In this document: positions 1 through 8,420 of the stretch, in pieces
How the letters are laid out: each line of letters begins with the position of its first letter
Numbering within the stretch: the stretch's first letter is position 1
Source of the DNA: Brevundimonas sp.
Lineage (GTDB): Bacteria > Pseudomonadota > Alphaproteobacteria > Caulobacterales > Caulobacteraceae
Length of the DNA stretch: 64,000 nt
Direction: 5' to 3'
Assembly: GCF_035626535.1 (NCBI RefSeq)
Contig: NZ_DASPNO010000053.1
Location: 12,994-76,993, forward strand
Program-made: the position numbers and the translations under genes
Notes under the pieces: model-generated
Told to the model about the DNA's origin: nothing
Databases searched by the model: none
The model's input: only the letters and a program-made list of their open reading frames with translations

Positions 1-19
1 GGGGGCGTATGATTTCAGC

Positions 20-529
20 ATGGAAACTGCTGAGGCGTTCTTCTTCTGGGTTGGGGTGATTGAATTCGTAGTTCTAGCCGTCGGCGTGATCTATGGACTA
101 TTCCTGTGGGGATCAGGTATTGCGCCAATTCTGTATCGCTTGGGTAATGGCCTAGCGCATCGGAAGATCGCAATCTTCGCGTCAGGCGACAATCTCACAA
201 GCCTGCGTCAGCTCCTCGTGGAGTCGAAGCTTTTCAGGGAAAAGAACCTACTTATCATTCCTTCGATCCGAGAGATTGACGACTCTGAAGGGGCCTCCGT
301 TTTTCTCATGTATTGGCCAGACTGGAACGCGCACCTCGATGAGGTCATGAGGCGCAAAGGACCGAAATGCGCGTTGGTTGTGTATCAACCGTACGACCAA
401 GGCCGGATTCCGGACGAGCAGATGGCGCAACTCGATGGTCGGCGGCACAGCTCAGTTACGAATTTCCGCGGCCGCCTTTTGAACGACCTCGTCACTTCGA
501 TCATGACCACCAGCTATGCGAAGGAATGA
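20..529 (+). CDS. Putative CBASS membrane effector (N-terminal TM plus alpha/beta domain); may extend 5' of the window
   Basis: Hydrophobic FFFWVGVIEFVVLAVGVIYGLFLWG segment; overlaps the CD-NTase start by 14 nt; no in-frame stop between position 2 and the ATG at 20. Confidence 0.6.
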   Translation: METAEAFFFWVGVIEFVVLAVGVIYGLFLWGSGIAPILYRLGNGLAHRKIAIFASGDNLTSLRQLLVESKLFREKNLLIIPSIREIDDSEGASVFLMYWPDWNAHLDEVMRRKGPKCALVVYQPYDQGRIPDEQMAQLDGRRHSSVTNFRGRLLNDLVTSIMTTSYAKE

Positions 530-1841
530 GGTGAATGCGCTTCTGCGCCGATATGCGCAGGAGCACCTATCCCCGACAGAGAACGAGCGACAGTTTGTAA
601 CCCGCGTCTATACGTCGGTTCGGGATGTGCTCGGAGAGGCGAACTGCCTGCAGATCGGCTCATATCCAAGGTACACGGCCATCACGCCGCTCCACGATCT
701 CGACGTTCTATACGTCTTGGGCGCTTGGGACCCGATCGCTCATGATCCTTCTGAAGCGTTACGCCAACTCGAAGCGAGGCTCCGCGCCGAGTACGTGAAT
801 CCAACGGATTTCGAACTTCAGATCGCGCGCCAAACCCACTCTGTGACGCTTCGCTTCTTGGAGAACGGGGAAGAGAAGTTTGGCGTCGATATAGTGCCGG
901 CCTACTCCTCCGAAATGAATGAGTTTGGGACGGACATGTACGTCGTTCCCGAAATCGCCGTTCGTTCTCATCGCGAGCGGCGGCAGATCGTCGAACAGGT
1001 ATCTCGCGGCGAAAAAGCGATGACCTGGATCAAGTCCGATCCGCGGGGGTATATCGCTGTTGCCTCAGCCATAAACCAAGCAAACGAGGACTTCCGAAAA
1101 GCGGTGAAGATCGCAAAAGGTTGGCGATCAGCTTGCAAGAGGGCAGACCCTGATTTCGCGTTGAAGTCTTTCCACCTTGAACAGGCAATCACCCGGTCAT
1201 TCGTTGCCAATCCAGACATTGATATTTTCGGTGCTGTCTTTGAATTCTTTCGAGCGCTGCCGGACTTGGTTCGCTATCCGCAGATCCCCGACAGAGCCGA
1301 TCCCGAGCGAAATATCGATGCGTACGTAGCGGACCTTAGTCATGCGGACCGGACAAAAATCATTCGCTCCCGGGACGCCTTCCTCATCAAGCTTGAGGAA
1401 CTGAGCAACTCGGATGCAGCGATGGAGGACCTCCTGTCGGCAGGAGAGCGTCATCGTGCGAGTCAGACCGAGGCCTATCTCTTCGACTCTGGCATTCCGA
1501 TGCTAACCGAAGTGGAGTTCTCGATAACCGCCACCGCACTGGAGCGCGCAGGCAGCTTCCGACGGATGATCTTGGACCGGATTGGCCGCATTGGTACTGA
1601 CCGAAAGATCGAGTTCCGCCTCGGTGCCGATGCACCCCCTGCAGACGTATACAAGTGGAAGGTCAAGAATGACGACGCCAGTCCCGAGCCCCGAGGCGAG
1701 ATAACGGATCATCGAACACATCAGGACCCGGAAAACACGAAGTACAACGGAACCCATTATGTGGAGTGCTTTGCTATCCGCGATGGCGTTTGCATCGGGC
1801 GGTCCCGTCAGAACGTGGTGTTGCAATGGGGTCAGGGTTAG
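516..1841 (+). CDS. cGAS/DncV-like nucleotidyltransferase (CD-NTase, SMODS) with C-terminal AGS-C domain
   Basis: GSYPRYTAITPLHDLDVL (GS...DxD), VDIVPA, SDPRGY, LKSFHLE; C-terminal YKWKVKN...RGEI...ENTKYNGTHYVECF typical of AGS-C. Confidence 0.88.
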   Translation: MRRNEVNALLRRYAQEHLSPTENERQFVTRVYTSVRDVLGEANCLQIGSYPRYTAITPLHDLDVLYVLGAWDPIAHDPSEALRQLEARLRAEYVNPTDFELQIARQTHSVTLRFLENGEEKFGVDIVPAYSSEMNEFGTDMYVVPEIAVRSHRERRQIVEQVSRGEKAMTWIKSDPRGYIAVASAINQANEDFRKAVKIAKGWRSACKRADPDFALKSFHLEQAITRSFVANPDIDIFGAVFEFFRALPDLVRYPQIPDRADPERNIDAYVADLSHADRTKIIRSRDAFLIKLEELSNSDAAMEDLLSAGERHRASQTEAYLFDSGIPMLTEVEFSITATALERAGSFRRMILDRIGRIGTDRKIEFRLGADAPPADVYKWKVKNDDASPEPRGEITDHRTHQDPENTKYNGTHYVECFAIRDGVCIGRSRQNVVLQWGQG

Positions 1842-3531
1842 CCACGAGTTGCCGGTTGCTAGGACGTCTACCCTGAACCACCACCCGGCAGTCTGATCCG
1901 GGGACGTCAGGGACTTCGGGGACGTTGATTACGTCTATTACGTCGTCCTTAAAGCGCACACACACGCTTCGTAGAAGACGCACGAACTCGTCTCGCTTCG
2001 GCATCTCTTCGATGGCCCGCACCAGTGCGCAATGTGACGTGTTTCGATCCTCGTCCCAGTCCGCCAGCAGACTGGGACAGGCGTTCATTTTCGCCACCTC
2101 CACGAACGGTGGCGCGGCCTGAATGCTGAGTTTTTTGTCCATCAGGGTGGGGTTCGATCCCACCAATTTCAGGATCATCCGCTTTTCGTCCGCGTCGGCG
2201 CGCGAAAACCAATCCGCGGCCTGATTGCTGGCCCGCAGCAGATCGCGCAGGGGTTCGATCCCCAATCCCCCTGACCGGGCGCTTTCCAGCCGCGCGGCGA
2301 TCTCGCCGCGCTCCGTCTCGAGACGGCCACGCTGCGCCTTGAACTCGGCCTCCGTCAGTTGTCCCCTAAGCATCAGGGTGGTGAGCGCATCGGCCTGCCG
2401 GTCGACATCGCGCAACGACGCTTCCAGCGTGGTTCGGTGCGCGGCGTTCAGCCGCGCCATCTCCTGCTCCTGCCGGACGAACTGCTCGATCATCCACTCG
2501 TGCAGACCCGGCTCCAACTGCAGGGTGCGCAGGAACTCGAGGATCTGGTTGTCGAGGGCCTTGGCCTCGACGGACGGTTCCGGGCAGCGGTCGTCGAGCT
2601 TGCGGCGGGCGCAGTGATAATAGAGGTAGCGGCGCGCCCGCTTCTGCTTGCGTTCGGCGGTGATGGCGCGCCCGCAGCGGCCGCAGCGGATCAGGCCGCG
2701 ATAGGGCACCTCCAGCGTCGGCGGCATGGACACCGTCCGGCGCAGCGCCACCTGCAGTCGTTCGAAGGTCCCGAGCTGCACGGCCGGCGGATGCTTGCCG
2801 GGCCAGGTGCGGCCGTTCCAGACGATGACGCCGGCGTAGAAGGGATCGGTGAGGATGCGGTGGGCGGTGCTGTCCGGCAGCGGCACGCCCGGCTTGCCGT
2901 GCGCGGGCGGGGTGATGAAGCCCCAGTCGTCGCGGGCGATGCGCGCTGCCGCGTGGATGCTGCAGCTGCGATGGGCGACCAGACGGAACAGGCCCTTGAT
3001 CAGCGGGAAATAGGTCGGGTCGGCGACGATGGTGCGGCTGGCGCGGTCGTTGCGATAGCCGAGCGGCGCGCGATTGGGCCGCCAGCCGTTCTCCAGCTTG
3101 GTGCGGTTGCCGCGTTTGACGTTTTCGGAGAGGGCGTCGGAATAGTATTTCGACTGGCCGAACATGATCTGCAGCATGAACTTGCCCTGCGAGTTGTTCT
3201 CGAAGGTGTAGGTCGAGAATTTCAGGTCCTTCAGCACGCCACGATCGAGCAGGTAGACCAGCCGGCCTCCGTCGATGGAGTTGCGCGCTAGACGGTCGGG
3301 GGCCCAGGTGGCGATGCCCTGCGCCTCGCCCGCTTCGATGCGCGCGACCATGGCGTCGAAACGAGGCCGGCCCGGCGTCATGGCGCTCCGAGACTCCTCG
3401 ATGATCTCCACCACCTCGACCCCCGGCGAGGTGTTCAGAAGTCGCTCCAGCTCGCGGCGCTGGGATTCGATGGACAACACCTGACGATCCTCGGCCTCCG
3501 AGGATTTCCGGCAGTAGAGAAAGTATTTCAT
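1774..3531 (-). CDS. Large serine recombinase (resolvase + recombinase + zinc ribbon + coiled coil)
   Basis: True start inferred at ATG 3531: MKYFLYCRKSSEAEDRQ (YxRxS), DRLARN, RCGRC...YYHC...C zinc ribbon. Confidence 0.9.
   Translation of the reverse strand: MKYFLYCRKSSEAEDRQVLSIESQRRELERLLNTSPGVEVVEIIEESRSAMTPGRPRFDAMVARIEAGEAQGIATWAPDRLARNSIDGGRLVYLLDRGVLKDLKFSTYTFENNSQGKFMLQIMFGQSKYYSDALSENVKRGNRTKLENGWRPNRAPLGYRNDRASRTIVADPTYFPLIKGLFRLVAHRSCSIHAAARIARDDWGFITPPAHGKPGVPLPDSTAHRILTDPFYAGVIVWNGRTWPGKHPPAVQLGTFERLQVALRRTVSMPPTLEVPYRGLIRCGRCGRAITAERKQKRARRYLYYHCARRKLDDRCPEPSVEAKALDNQILEFLRTLQLEPGLHEWMIEQFVRQEQEMARLNAAHRTTLEASLRDVDRQADALTTLMLRGQLTEAEFKAQRGRLETERGEIAARLESARSGGLGIEPLRDLLRASNQAADWFSRADADEKRMILKLVGSNPTLMDKKLSIQAAPPFVEVAKMNACPSLLADWDEDRNTSHCALVRAIEEMPKRDEFVRLLRSVCVRFKDDVIDVINVPEVPDVPGSDCRVVVQGRRPSNRQLVANPDPIATPRSDGTARCKRHRG
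1901..1946 (+). repeat. 9-bp period direct repeats (GGGACGTCA-like)
   Basis: gggacgtca/gggacttcg/gggacgttg followed by degenerate ttacgtcta/ttacgtcgt. Confidence 0.7.
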
Positions 3532-3539
3532 AGGGGAGG

Positions 3540-3566
3540 GGACGTCCCTGACCTCCCTGACATCCC
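3540..3566 (-). repeat. 9-bp period direct repeats (GGGACGTCA-like), inverted relative to 1901-1927
   Basis: Minus strand reads gggatgtca gggaggtca gggacgtcc, immediately upstream of the recombinase start. Confidence 0.7.
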
Positions 3567-3773
3567 CGAAGGGGCGGTGTCGGAAGCTCTCAGGACGAAT
3601 TGCCAGTCTAGGGCGCCGGGGCCTTGGCCGCGAGTCGCGGCTGGGGAGAGAACGCCGAACCGGCTCAGACATTGGAGCCCGGGCGCGCCCGTCGCGCACG
3701 GCGGGCGTTCGCCTTGGCCGGGGCCGCCCGGAGCAGGGGAGGGCCGCCTTCGGCGACGGCCCTCCCGCCCCGG

Positions 3774-5711
3774 TTACTCCGGAGCGGCCCCGGACCGACG
3801 CAGCAACGGCGGCAGCCAGCCCGTGTCTTTCAGGAGGTCTTCCGCCTTGGCGGCCATGCTCGCCTTGTCGAGGCTGACCAGCGGTCCAGCCGCCTCGGGC
3901 GAGACGCCTTCGGCCACGGCCTCGGCGATCAGGGCCTTGGTGACGCGGCCGAGATAGCTGCTCGCGGTGACGGTCCAGTAGCGGCCCATGTCGAGGCCGA
4001 CGAGTTCGGCCAGAACCCCGGCGTGGGCCAGAGCGCGGCGCGAGGTCCCGACCCGCTGCACGGCGTTGACGCCGAGCGAGACGACATGGGCGAACAGGGC
4101 CAGCCGCCCCTCGTCGGGCAGGGCCTGCAAGGCCGCCAGCAGGGCCTCCGGGTCGTCGGGAAGCTGGCCCGCCCAGAGGGCGTGCCGCGCCTCGAGCGCG
4201 CGCCCCGCCGCCGTCTCCGCCAGACCCTCGGCATGGCCCTCCAGCGCGAGGCTGGCGATCTGGAGGTCGAGGCAGGTTTCGCCGCCGCAATAGAAGGTCT
4301 GCAGGGTCAGGGCGTGCAGGGCGGCGAGGAAGGCGGCCTGCGGCTGTTCGGCGAGGGCGTCGCGCAGCGCCGCCGTGCGGTGGGCGGTGAGGTCGGCGAC
4401 CAGCCGTTCGGACAGGGTCTTGCGGGTTTCCGTCCGGTCCGCCTGATCGTCTGGCGCGTCGGCCTCGCGCTCCGCATCATCGTCCCTGCCGCTCCCGGCA
4501 TCCGGCTCGGTTTCCGCTTGCGCCTCGTCCTCTGGCCGGATGAAGCCGCGCTCGATGCGGACACCCTCGTGGGCGAGGACGGCGAACAGGCCGCCGCGCG
4601 CCACCGCCTCGGGGTCGTAGCGCTCCGGCCGGGCCGCCGCCAGTTCGGCGTCGATCTCGGTCAGGCGGGCGTCCTGTTCCTCGGTCAGACACTCATCCTC
4701 GCCGCAGGACGCGACGATGGCGTCGTACTCCTCGGCGAGGGCGTCGAGCCGGGCCTGCGTCTCCGCGTCCGGCTCCACCACGCGCGGATAGACCCGGCGG
4801 CAACCGTGGTCGTAGGGATGGTCGAGCCGACCTTCCGCCCACCGCCAGCCCTCGGCGGCGCGCACGGCCTCCGCCTCGGCGGCCAGCTTCTCCAGCGCCA
4901 TCCGGTCGAGCAGGGCGGCGTCCGCGAACCAGCCCGAGCCGTCCTCGCTGAACAGGTCGCGCCGGACCGTTCCGCCCGCCGCCTCATAGGCTTCGACGCC
5001 GACGTAGCGGGCGCGCCGGTCGGAGGCCTCGACCTCGTGCTCGGTCATCATGCGTCGGATGAAGGTCGGGGAGCGATTCCAGGACAGGCCGGCGAACACC
5101 TGTTCCTGCCGGGCGTGATCCTCGCTGACCGCGAAGGCCATCAACTGGTCCAGCGTCAGGTCCCCGGTCCGGTAGGCGGCCATCAAGACCGGGCTGACCG
5201 CTCCGAGCCGCATGCGCCGCCGGACCAGAGTGGGTGACACCCCGAAGCGCGCCCCGATCTCCTCGGCGCCCCAGCCCTTGTTGTCCGCGAGATCGCGGAA
5301 GGCCTCGAACTGGTCGGCGGGGTGCATGGCGAAGCGAGTGACGTTTTCGTCGAGGCTGATCTCGAAGGCGTCGTGGGCGGTGTCGACGACGCAGCGGATC
5401 GGCTGGGTCTTCCTGATCTCCTTGCGCTTGGCGCGGAGCAGTTGCGACAGCCGGCGGCCCTCGCCGATGGTGACGAGGTAGTCGCCGGTCGGCTGTCCGT
5501 CCGGCCCGAGCTCAGGCTCGACCACGGGCGGCTGGAGGATGCCCTTCTCGCGAGTGCTGGCCGCCAGCGCCTCGATGTCGGCGGCGCTGTGCGGCGTCTT
5601 GCGGGCGTTGCGCGGCGACTTCTTGAGCCGGTTGAGCGGAATGAAGGCCACGGTCCCATGCTCCGGGACGGCGGCTTCGGCGGTCGGCGCGGTTTCGAAA
5701 GCGGCAGTCAT
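3774..5711 (-). CDS. ParB/RepB/Spo0J-family protein of mobile elements (long form)
   Basis: Start MTAAFET with AGGAG RBS; IPLNRLKKSPRNARK, GILQPPVV, GEGRRL, ENVTRFAMHPADQFEAF and HTH. Confidence 0.85.
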   Translation of the reverse strand: MTAAFETAPTAEAAVPEHGTVAFIPLNRLKKSPRNARKTPHSAADIEALAASTREKGILQPPVVEPELGPDGQPTGDYLVTIGEGRRLSQLLRAKRKEIRKTQPIRCVVDTAHDAFEISLDENVTRFAMHPADQFEAFRDLADNKGWGAEEIGARFGVSPTLVRRRMRLGAVSPVLMAAYRTGDLTLDQLMAFAVSEDHARQEQVFAGLSWNRSPTFIRRMMTEHEVEASDRRARYVGVEAYEAAGGTVRRDLFSEDGSGWFADAALLDRMALEKLAAEAEAVRAAEGWRWAEGRLDHPYDHGCRRVYPRVVEPDAETQARLDALAEEYDAIVASCGEDECLTEEQDARLTEIDAELAAARPERYDPEAVARGGLFAVLAHEGVRIERGFIRPEDEAQAETEPDAGSGRDDDAEREADAPDDQADRTETRKTLSERLVADLTAHRTAALRDALAEQPQAAFLAALHALTLQTFYCGGETCLDLQIASLALEGHAEGLAETAAGRALEARHALWAGQLPDDPEALLAALQALPDEGRLALFAHVVSLGVNAVQRVGTSRRALAHAGVLAELVGLDMGRYWTVTASSYLGRVTKALIAEAVAEGVSPEAAGPLVSLDKASMAAKAEDLLKDTGWLPPLLRRSGAAPE

Positions 5712-5730
5712 GATCACGTCTCCTAGGGTT

Positions 5731-5760
5731 GGGGAGCAGGCGAAATTCCGCCTGCTCCCC
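5731..5760. promoter_or_regulatory. Perfect 12-bp hairpin upstream of the parB-like RBS
   Basis: ggggagcaggcg-aaattc-cgcctgctcccc. Confidence 0.6.
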
Positions 5761-5781
5761 TGCCCGTCGGCGAGACCAGGG

Positions 5782-5925
5782 GTAGCAAGGGCCAGGGCGG
5801 ACCGCGGGGAGGGGGATCGCCCGGTCTGCACGGAGCGCAGCGAAGGAAGACCGGGGACACCCCGCGGGCCGGCGGCGCAGCCGCGCACCCTGGCGCGCGC
5901 GAGGGACGGAGTCCCTTAGCTCTAC
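5782..5925. promoter_or_regulatory. Long nested stem-loop, possible ssDNA promoter or single-strand origin
   Basis: Nested arms 5820-5827/5848-5855, 5798-5809/5860-5871, 5792-5797/5888-5893 and 5782-5791/5913-5925 (last imperfect). Confidence 0.45.
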
Positions 5926-6087
5926 GGAGAGGACGGCCGCGCCGGCGGCTCGATCCGGCCCGCCATCCCCACCTCTGGAAAAACGCGCGCCCCGGCGCGC
6001 TATACTGAAGCGGGCCTGTCTCGAAAGACTCTCCACGCGACCGCCGACCGTCTTTCCGCTCGCCCCGCGGGGCGTAGGCTGAAGGTC

Positions 6088-7395
6088 ATGAGCGACCGCG
6101 CCACTTCAGGGCCGACGCCGACCGTCTCGCGCGTTCTGCCCGACGGGCGGCTGATCGAGCTGCTCTACGACCCGGAGCGCCGCGCCACGGCCCTGGCCTT
6201 GGCGGACCCAGACGGACCCGTCGCCGTCCATGACGCGATCGACCTCGCCGACGGTGAGCGGCTCGTCCCCTACGCCGCCGACAACAATCTGATCGCCACC
6301 GGCTGCGTCCTGCTGCCCTCCGCCGTCGGGGCCTTCACCACCCAGGCGGCGCTGGTGGCCGGGGTGCAGGCCTTCCTGCACCGCTACGTCGACCTGTCGC
6401 CGACCTTCGAGGCGATCGCCGCCCACTATGTGCTGCTGAGCTGGGTCTACGACGCCTTCCACGAACTGCCGTACCTGCGGCTGAGGGGCGACTACGGCAC
6501 CGGCAAGACCCGTGCCCTGACCGCCATCGGGGCGCTCTGCTACAAGCCGTTCTTCGCCTCGGGCGCCTCGACGGTGTCGCCGATCTTCCATGTGCTCGAC
6601 GCCTTCGGCGGCACCCTGGTGCTCGACGAGGCGGATTTCCGCTTCTCGGACGCGACCGCGCCGCTGAGCAAGATCCTCAACAACGGCAACACCGCCGGCC
6701 TGCCGGTGCTGCGGACCATGACCAACCGGCACAAGGAGCTCAATCCACGCGCCTTCCGGGTTTACGGACCCAAGCTGGTGGCCATGCGGCACGGCTTCGC
6801 CGACCGGGCGCTCGAGAGCCGCTTCCTGACCGAGGAGACCGGGCAGCGGCCGCTGCGGTCGGACATCCCGATCCAGACCCCGCCGGAGCTGCACCGGGAG
6901 GCGCTCGACCTGCGCAACGCGCTCCTCGCCTGGCGGCTGACGCAGCGCGCGCGCGTGCGGCCGCACCCGGATCGCCAAGCCGCCGGCGTCGATCCGCGCC
7001 TCAACCAGACCGCCCTGTCCCTGCTGTCGCTGATGGAGGACCCGGCCCTGCGCGCCGAGCTCCATCAGGCGATGTCCCGTGAGCAGCGACGTATGGCCGC
7101 TGAACGCGCCGCCTCGCCCGAGGGCCTGTTGGTCCAGGCGCTCGCCGAGCGCTTCGCCGACCCCGCCGGAGGCCGCGTCACCGTCTCGGCGGTGACCGAG
7201 GCCTTCAACCGGCTTGGCGGTGACAGCCGCACGCCGCCGGCCAGTCCGCGCCAGGTCGGCTGGCGCCTGCGCGAACGGCTGAAGCTGGCCACGGCCAAGT
7301 CCAACGGCGTCTTCGTGATCCCCGCCGGCGAGCGCGGCAAGGTCGAGGCCTTGGCCGCCCGCTACGGCGTTCCGGTCGAATCCGCGGCGGCCTGA
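6088..7395 (+). CDS. P-loop ATPase, helicase-like (DUF3631/SF3-like) replication protein
   Basis: Walker A GDYGTGKT, Walker B LVLDEAD, ESRF arginine-finger-like motif; TATACT -10-like hexamer at 6001. Confidence 0.7.
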   Translation: MSDRATSGPTPTVSRVLPDGRLIELLYDPERRATALALADPDGPVAVHDAIDLADGERLVPYAADNNLIATGCVLLPSAVGAFTTQAALVAGVQAFLHRYVDLSPTFEAIAAHYVLLSWVYDAFHELPYLRLRGDYGTGKTRALTAIGALCYKPFFASGASTVSPIFHVLDAFGGTLVLDEADFRFSDATAPLSKILNNGNTAGLPVLRTMTNRHKELNPRAFRVYGPKLVAMRHGFADRALESRFLTEETGQRPLRSDIPIQTPPELHREALDLRNALLAWRLTQRARVRPHPDRQAAGVDPRLNQTALSLLSLMEDPALRAELHQAMSREQRRMAAERAASPEGLLVQALAERFADPAGGRVTVSAVTEAFNRLGGDSRTPPASPRQVGWRLRERLKLATAKSNGVFVIPAGERGKVEALAARYGVPVESAAA

Positions 7396-7531
7396 CGGGC
7401 CCCGGGAGGGGCCGCGGCCCCGGCCGGCGGCGGTCGCCGCGCGGGGCAATCGGCCGTCTACGGCCAAGGCGCCGTTCAGGGGAAGATGACGGAACGATCG
7501 TCATCGGTCGCTCATCTAACGCTCCCCGCCT

Positions 7532-7873
7532 ATGTCCCACCGCAACTATCTCAGCCTCCATCGCAAGCGATGGGCGCTGTCCCAACGCGAGCTCGCCCTG
7601 CTGCTCGGCCACGCCTCGCGCAGCGTCGTCTCCCGGCTCGAACTCGGCCAGGGGCGGCCGAGCCTGCCGTTCGCCATCCGCTGCGAGGCGGTGTTCGGCG
7701 TCGGCGTCGCCGAACTGTTTCCGGATCTGTTCGAGGAGAACCACGACGTGGTCATGCGCCACGCCGCGCGCCTGGATCAGCAGCTGCGCGGCCGCGTCGA
7801 CGCCGGGGCCGCGCGCAAGCGCGCCCTGCTGCTCGAGATGATCGGGCGCACGCCTAACCCGGACATCGTATGA
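7532..7873 (+). CDS. XRE-family HTH regulator
   Basis: HRKRWALSQRELALLLGHASRSVVSRLELGQGRPSL. Confidence 0.8.
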   Translation: MSHRNYLSLHRKRWALSQRELALLLGHASRSVVSRLELGQGRPSLPFAIRCEAVFGVGVAELFPDLFEENHDVVMRHAARLDQQLRGRVDAGAARKRALLLEMIGRTPNPDIV

Positions 7874-8379
7874 GCTCCGTCGTGGCGACGGCCGCCGGCG
7901 AGCGGGTGCTCGCCTTCCATCCGACCAGCCGCGGCTTCGGTTGGGTGCTGTTCGAGGGCCCCTTCGCACCGGTCGACTGGGGCCTGGTTTCGGTGGGGGC
8001 GGACAAGAACGCCAGCTGCCTGCGCCGTCTCGAGCGGCTGCTCGACCGCTCCGCCCCCGAAACCCTCGTGCTCGAGGCCTACGACCGCGCCACGACCCGC
8101 CGCGCCTTGCGCATCGCCGATCTCTGCCGGGCGGTTCGGCGCGCCGCCGACCACCGCGGCGTCGAAACCGCCGTCTACAGCCGCGCCGAGGTGCGCGAGG
8201 CTTTTTCGGAGGTGAAGGCGCGCACGCGACGGGAGATCGCCGAGGCCGTCGCGCGGCATTGCGAAGCGTTCCGCCACCGGTTGCCAAAGCGGCGCAGGCC
8301 TTGGGAGAGCGAGGACGCACGCGGCGCGCTGTTCGCCGCCGCCGCCGTCGGTCTGGCGCATTATCGCCAAGGCCTCTAG
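7870..8379 (+). CDS. RuvC/RNase H-fold protein
   Basis: VLAFHPTSRGFGWVLFE, LVLE, and C-terminal ED..GALFAAA; ATGA coupling to the XRE gene. Confidence 0.55.
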   Translation: MSSVVATAAGERVLAFHPTSRGFGWVLFEGPFAPVDWGLVSVGADKNASCLRRLERLLDRSAPETLVLEAYDRATTRRALRIADLCRAVRRAADHRGVETAVYSRAEVREAFSEVKARTRREIAEAVARHCEAFRHRLPKRRRPWESEDARGALFAAAAVGLAHYRQGL

Positions 8380-8420
8380 TCCCGCCCGGCAGACGGGTCG
8401 GCGGAACGCCCCCGTAGCGG

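Noticed and set aside
3532-4290. 253-aa N-terminal extension of the recombinase ORF in the track
   Set aside because: Arg/Gly/Pro-rich, overlaps the ParB-like gene on the same strand, and the family start MKYFLYCR is at 3531.
3624-5237. 537-aa plus-strand ORF
   Set aside because: Antisense shadow of the ParB-like gene, expected in high-GC DNA; no motifs.
7408-7421. Perfect 14-bp palindrome ggggccgcggcccc after the ATPase
   Set aside because: All-GC sequence in very GC-rich DNA without a U-tract; not distinguishable from chance.
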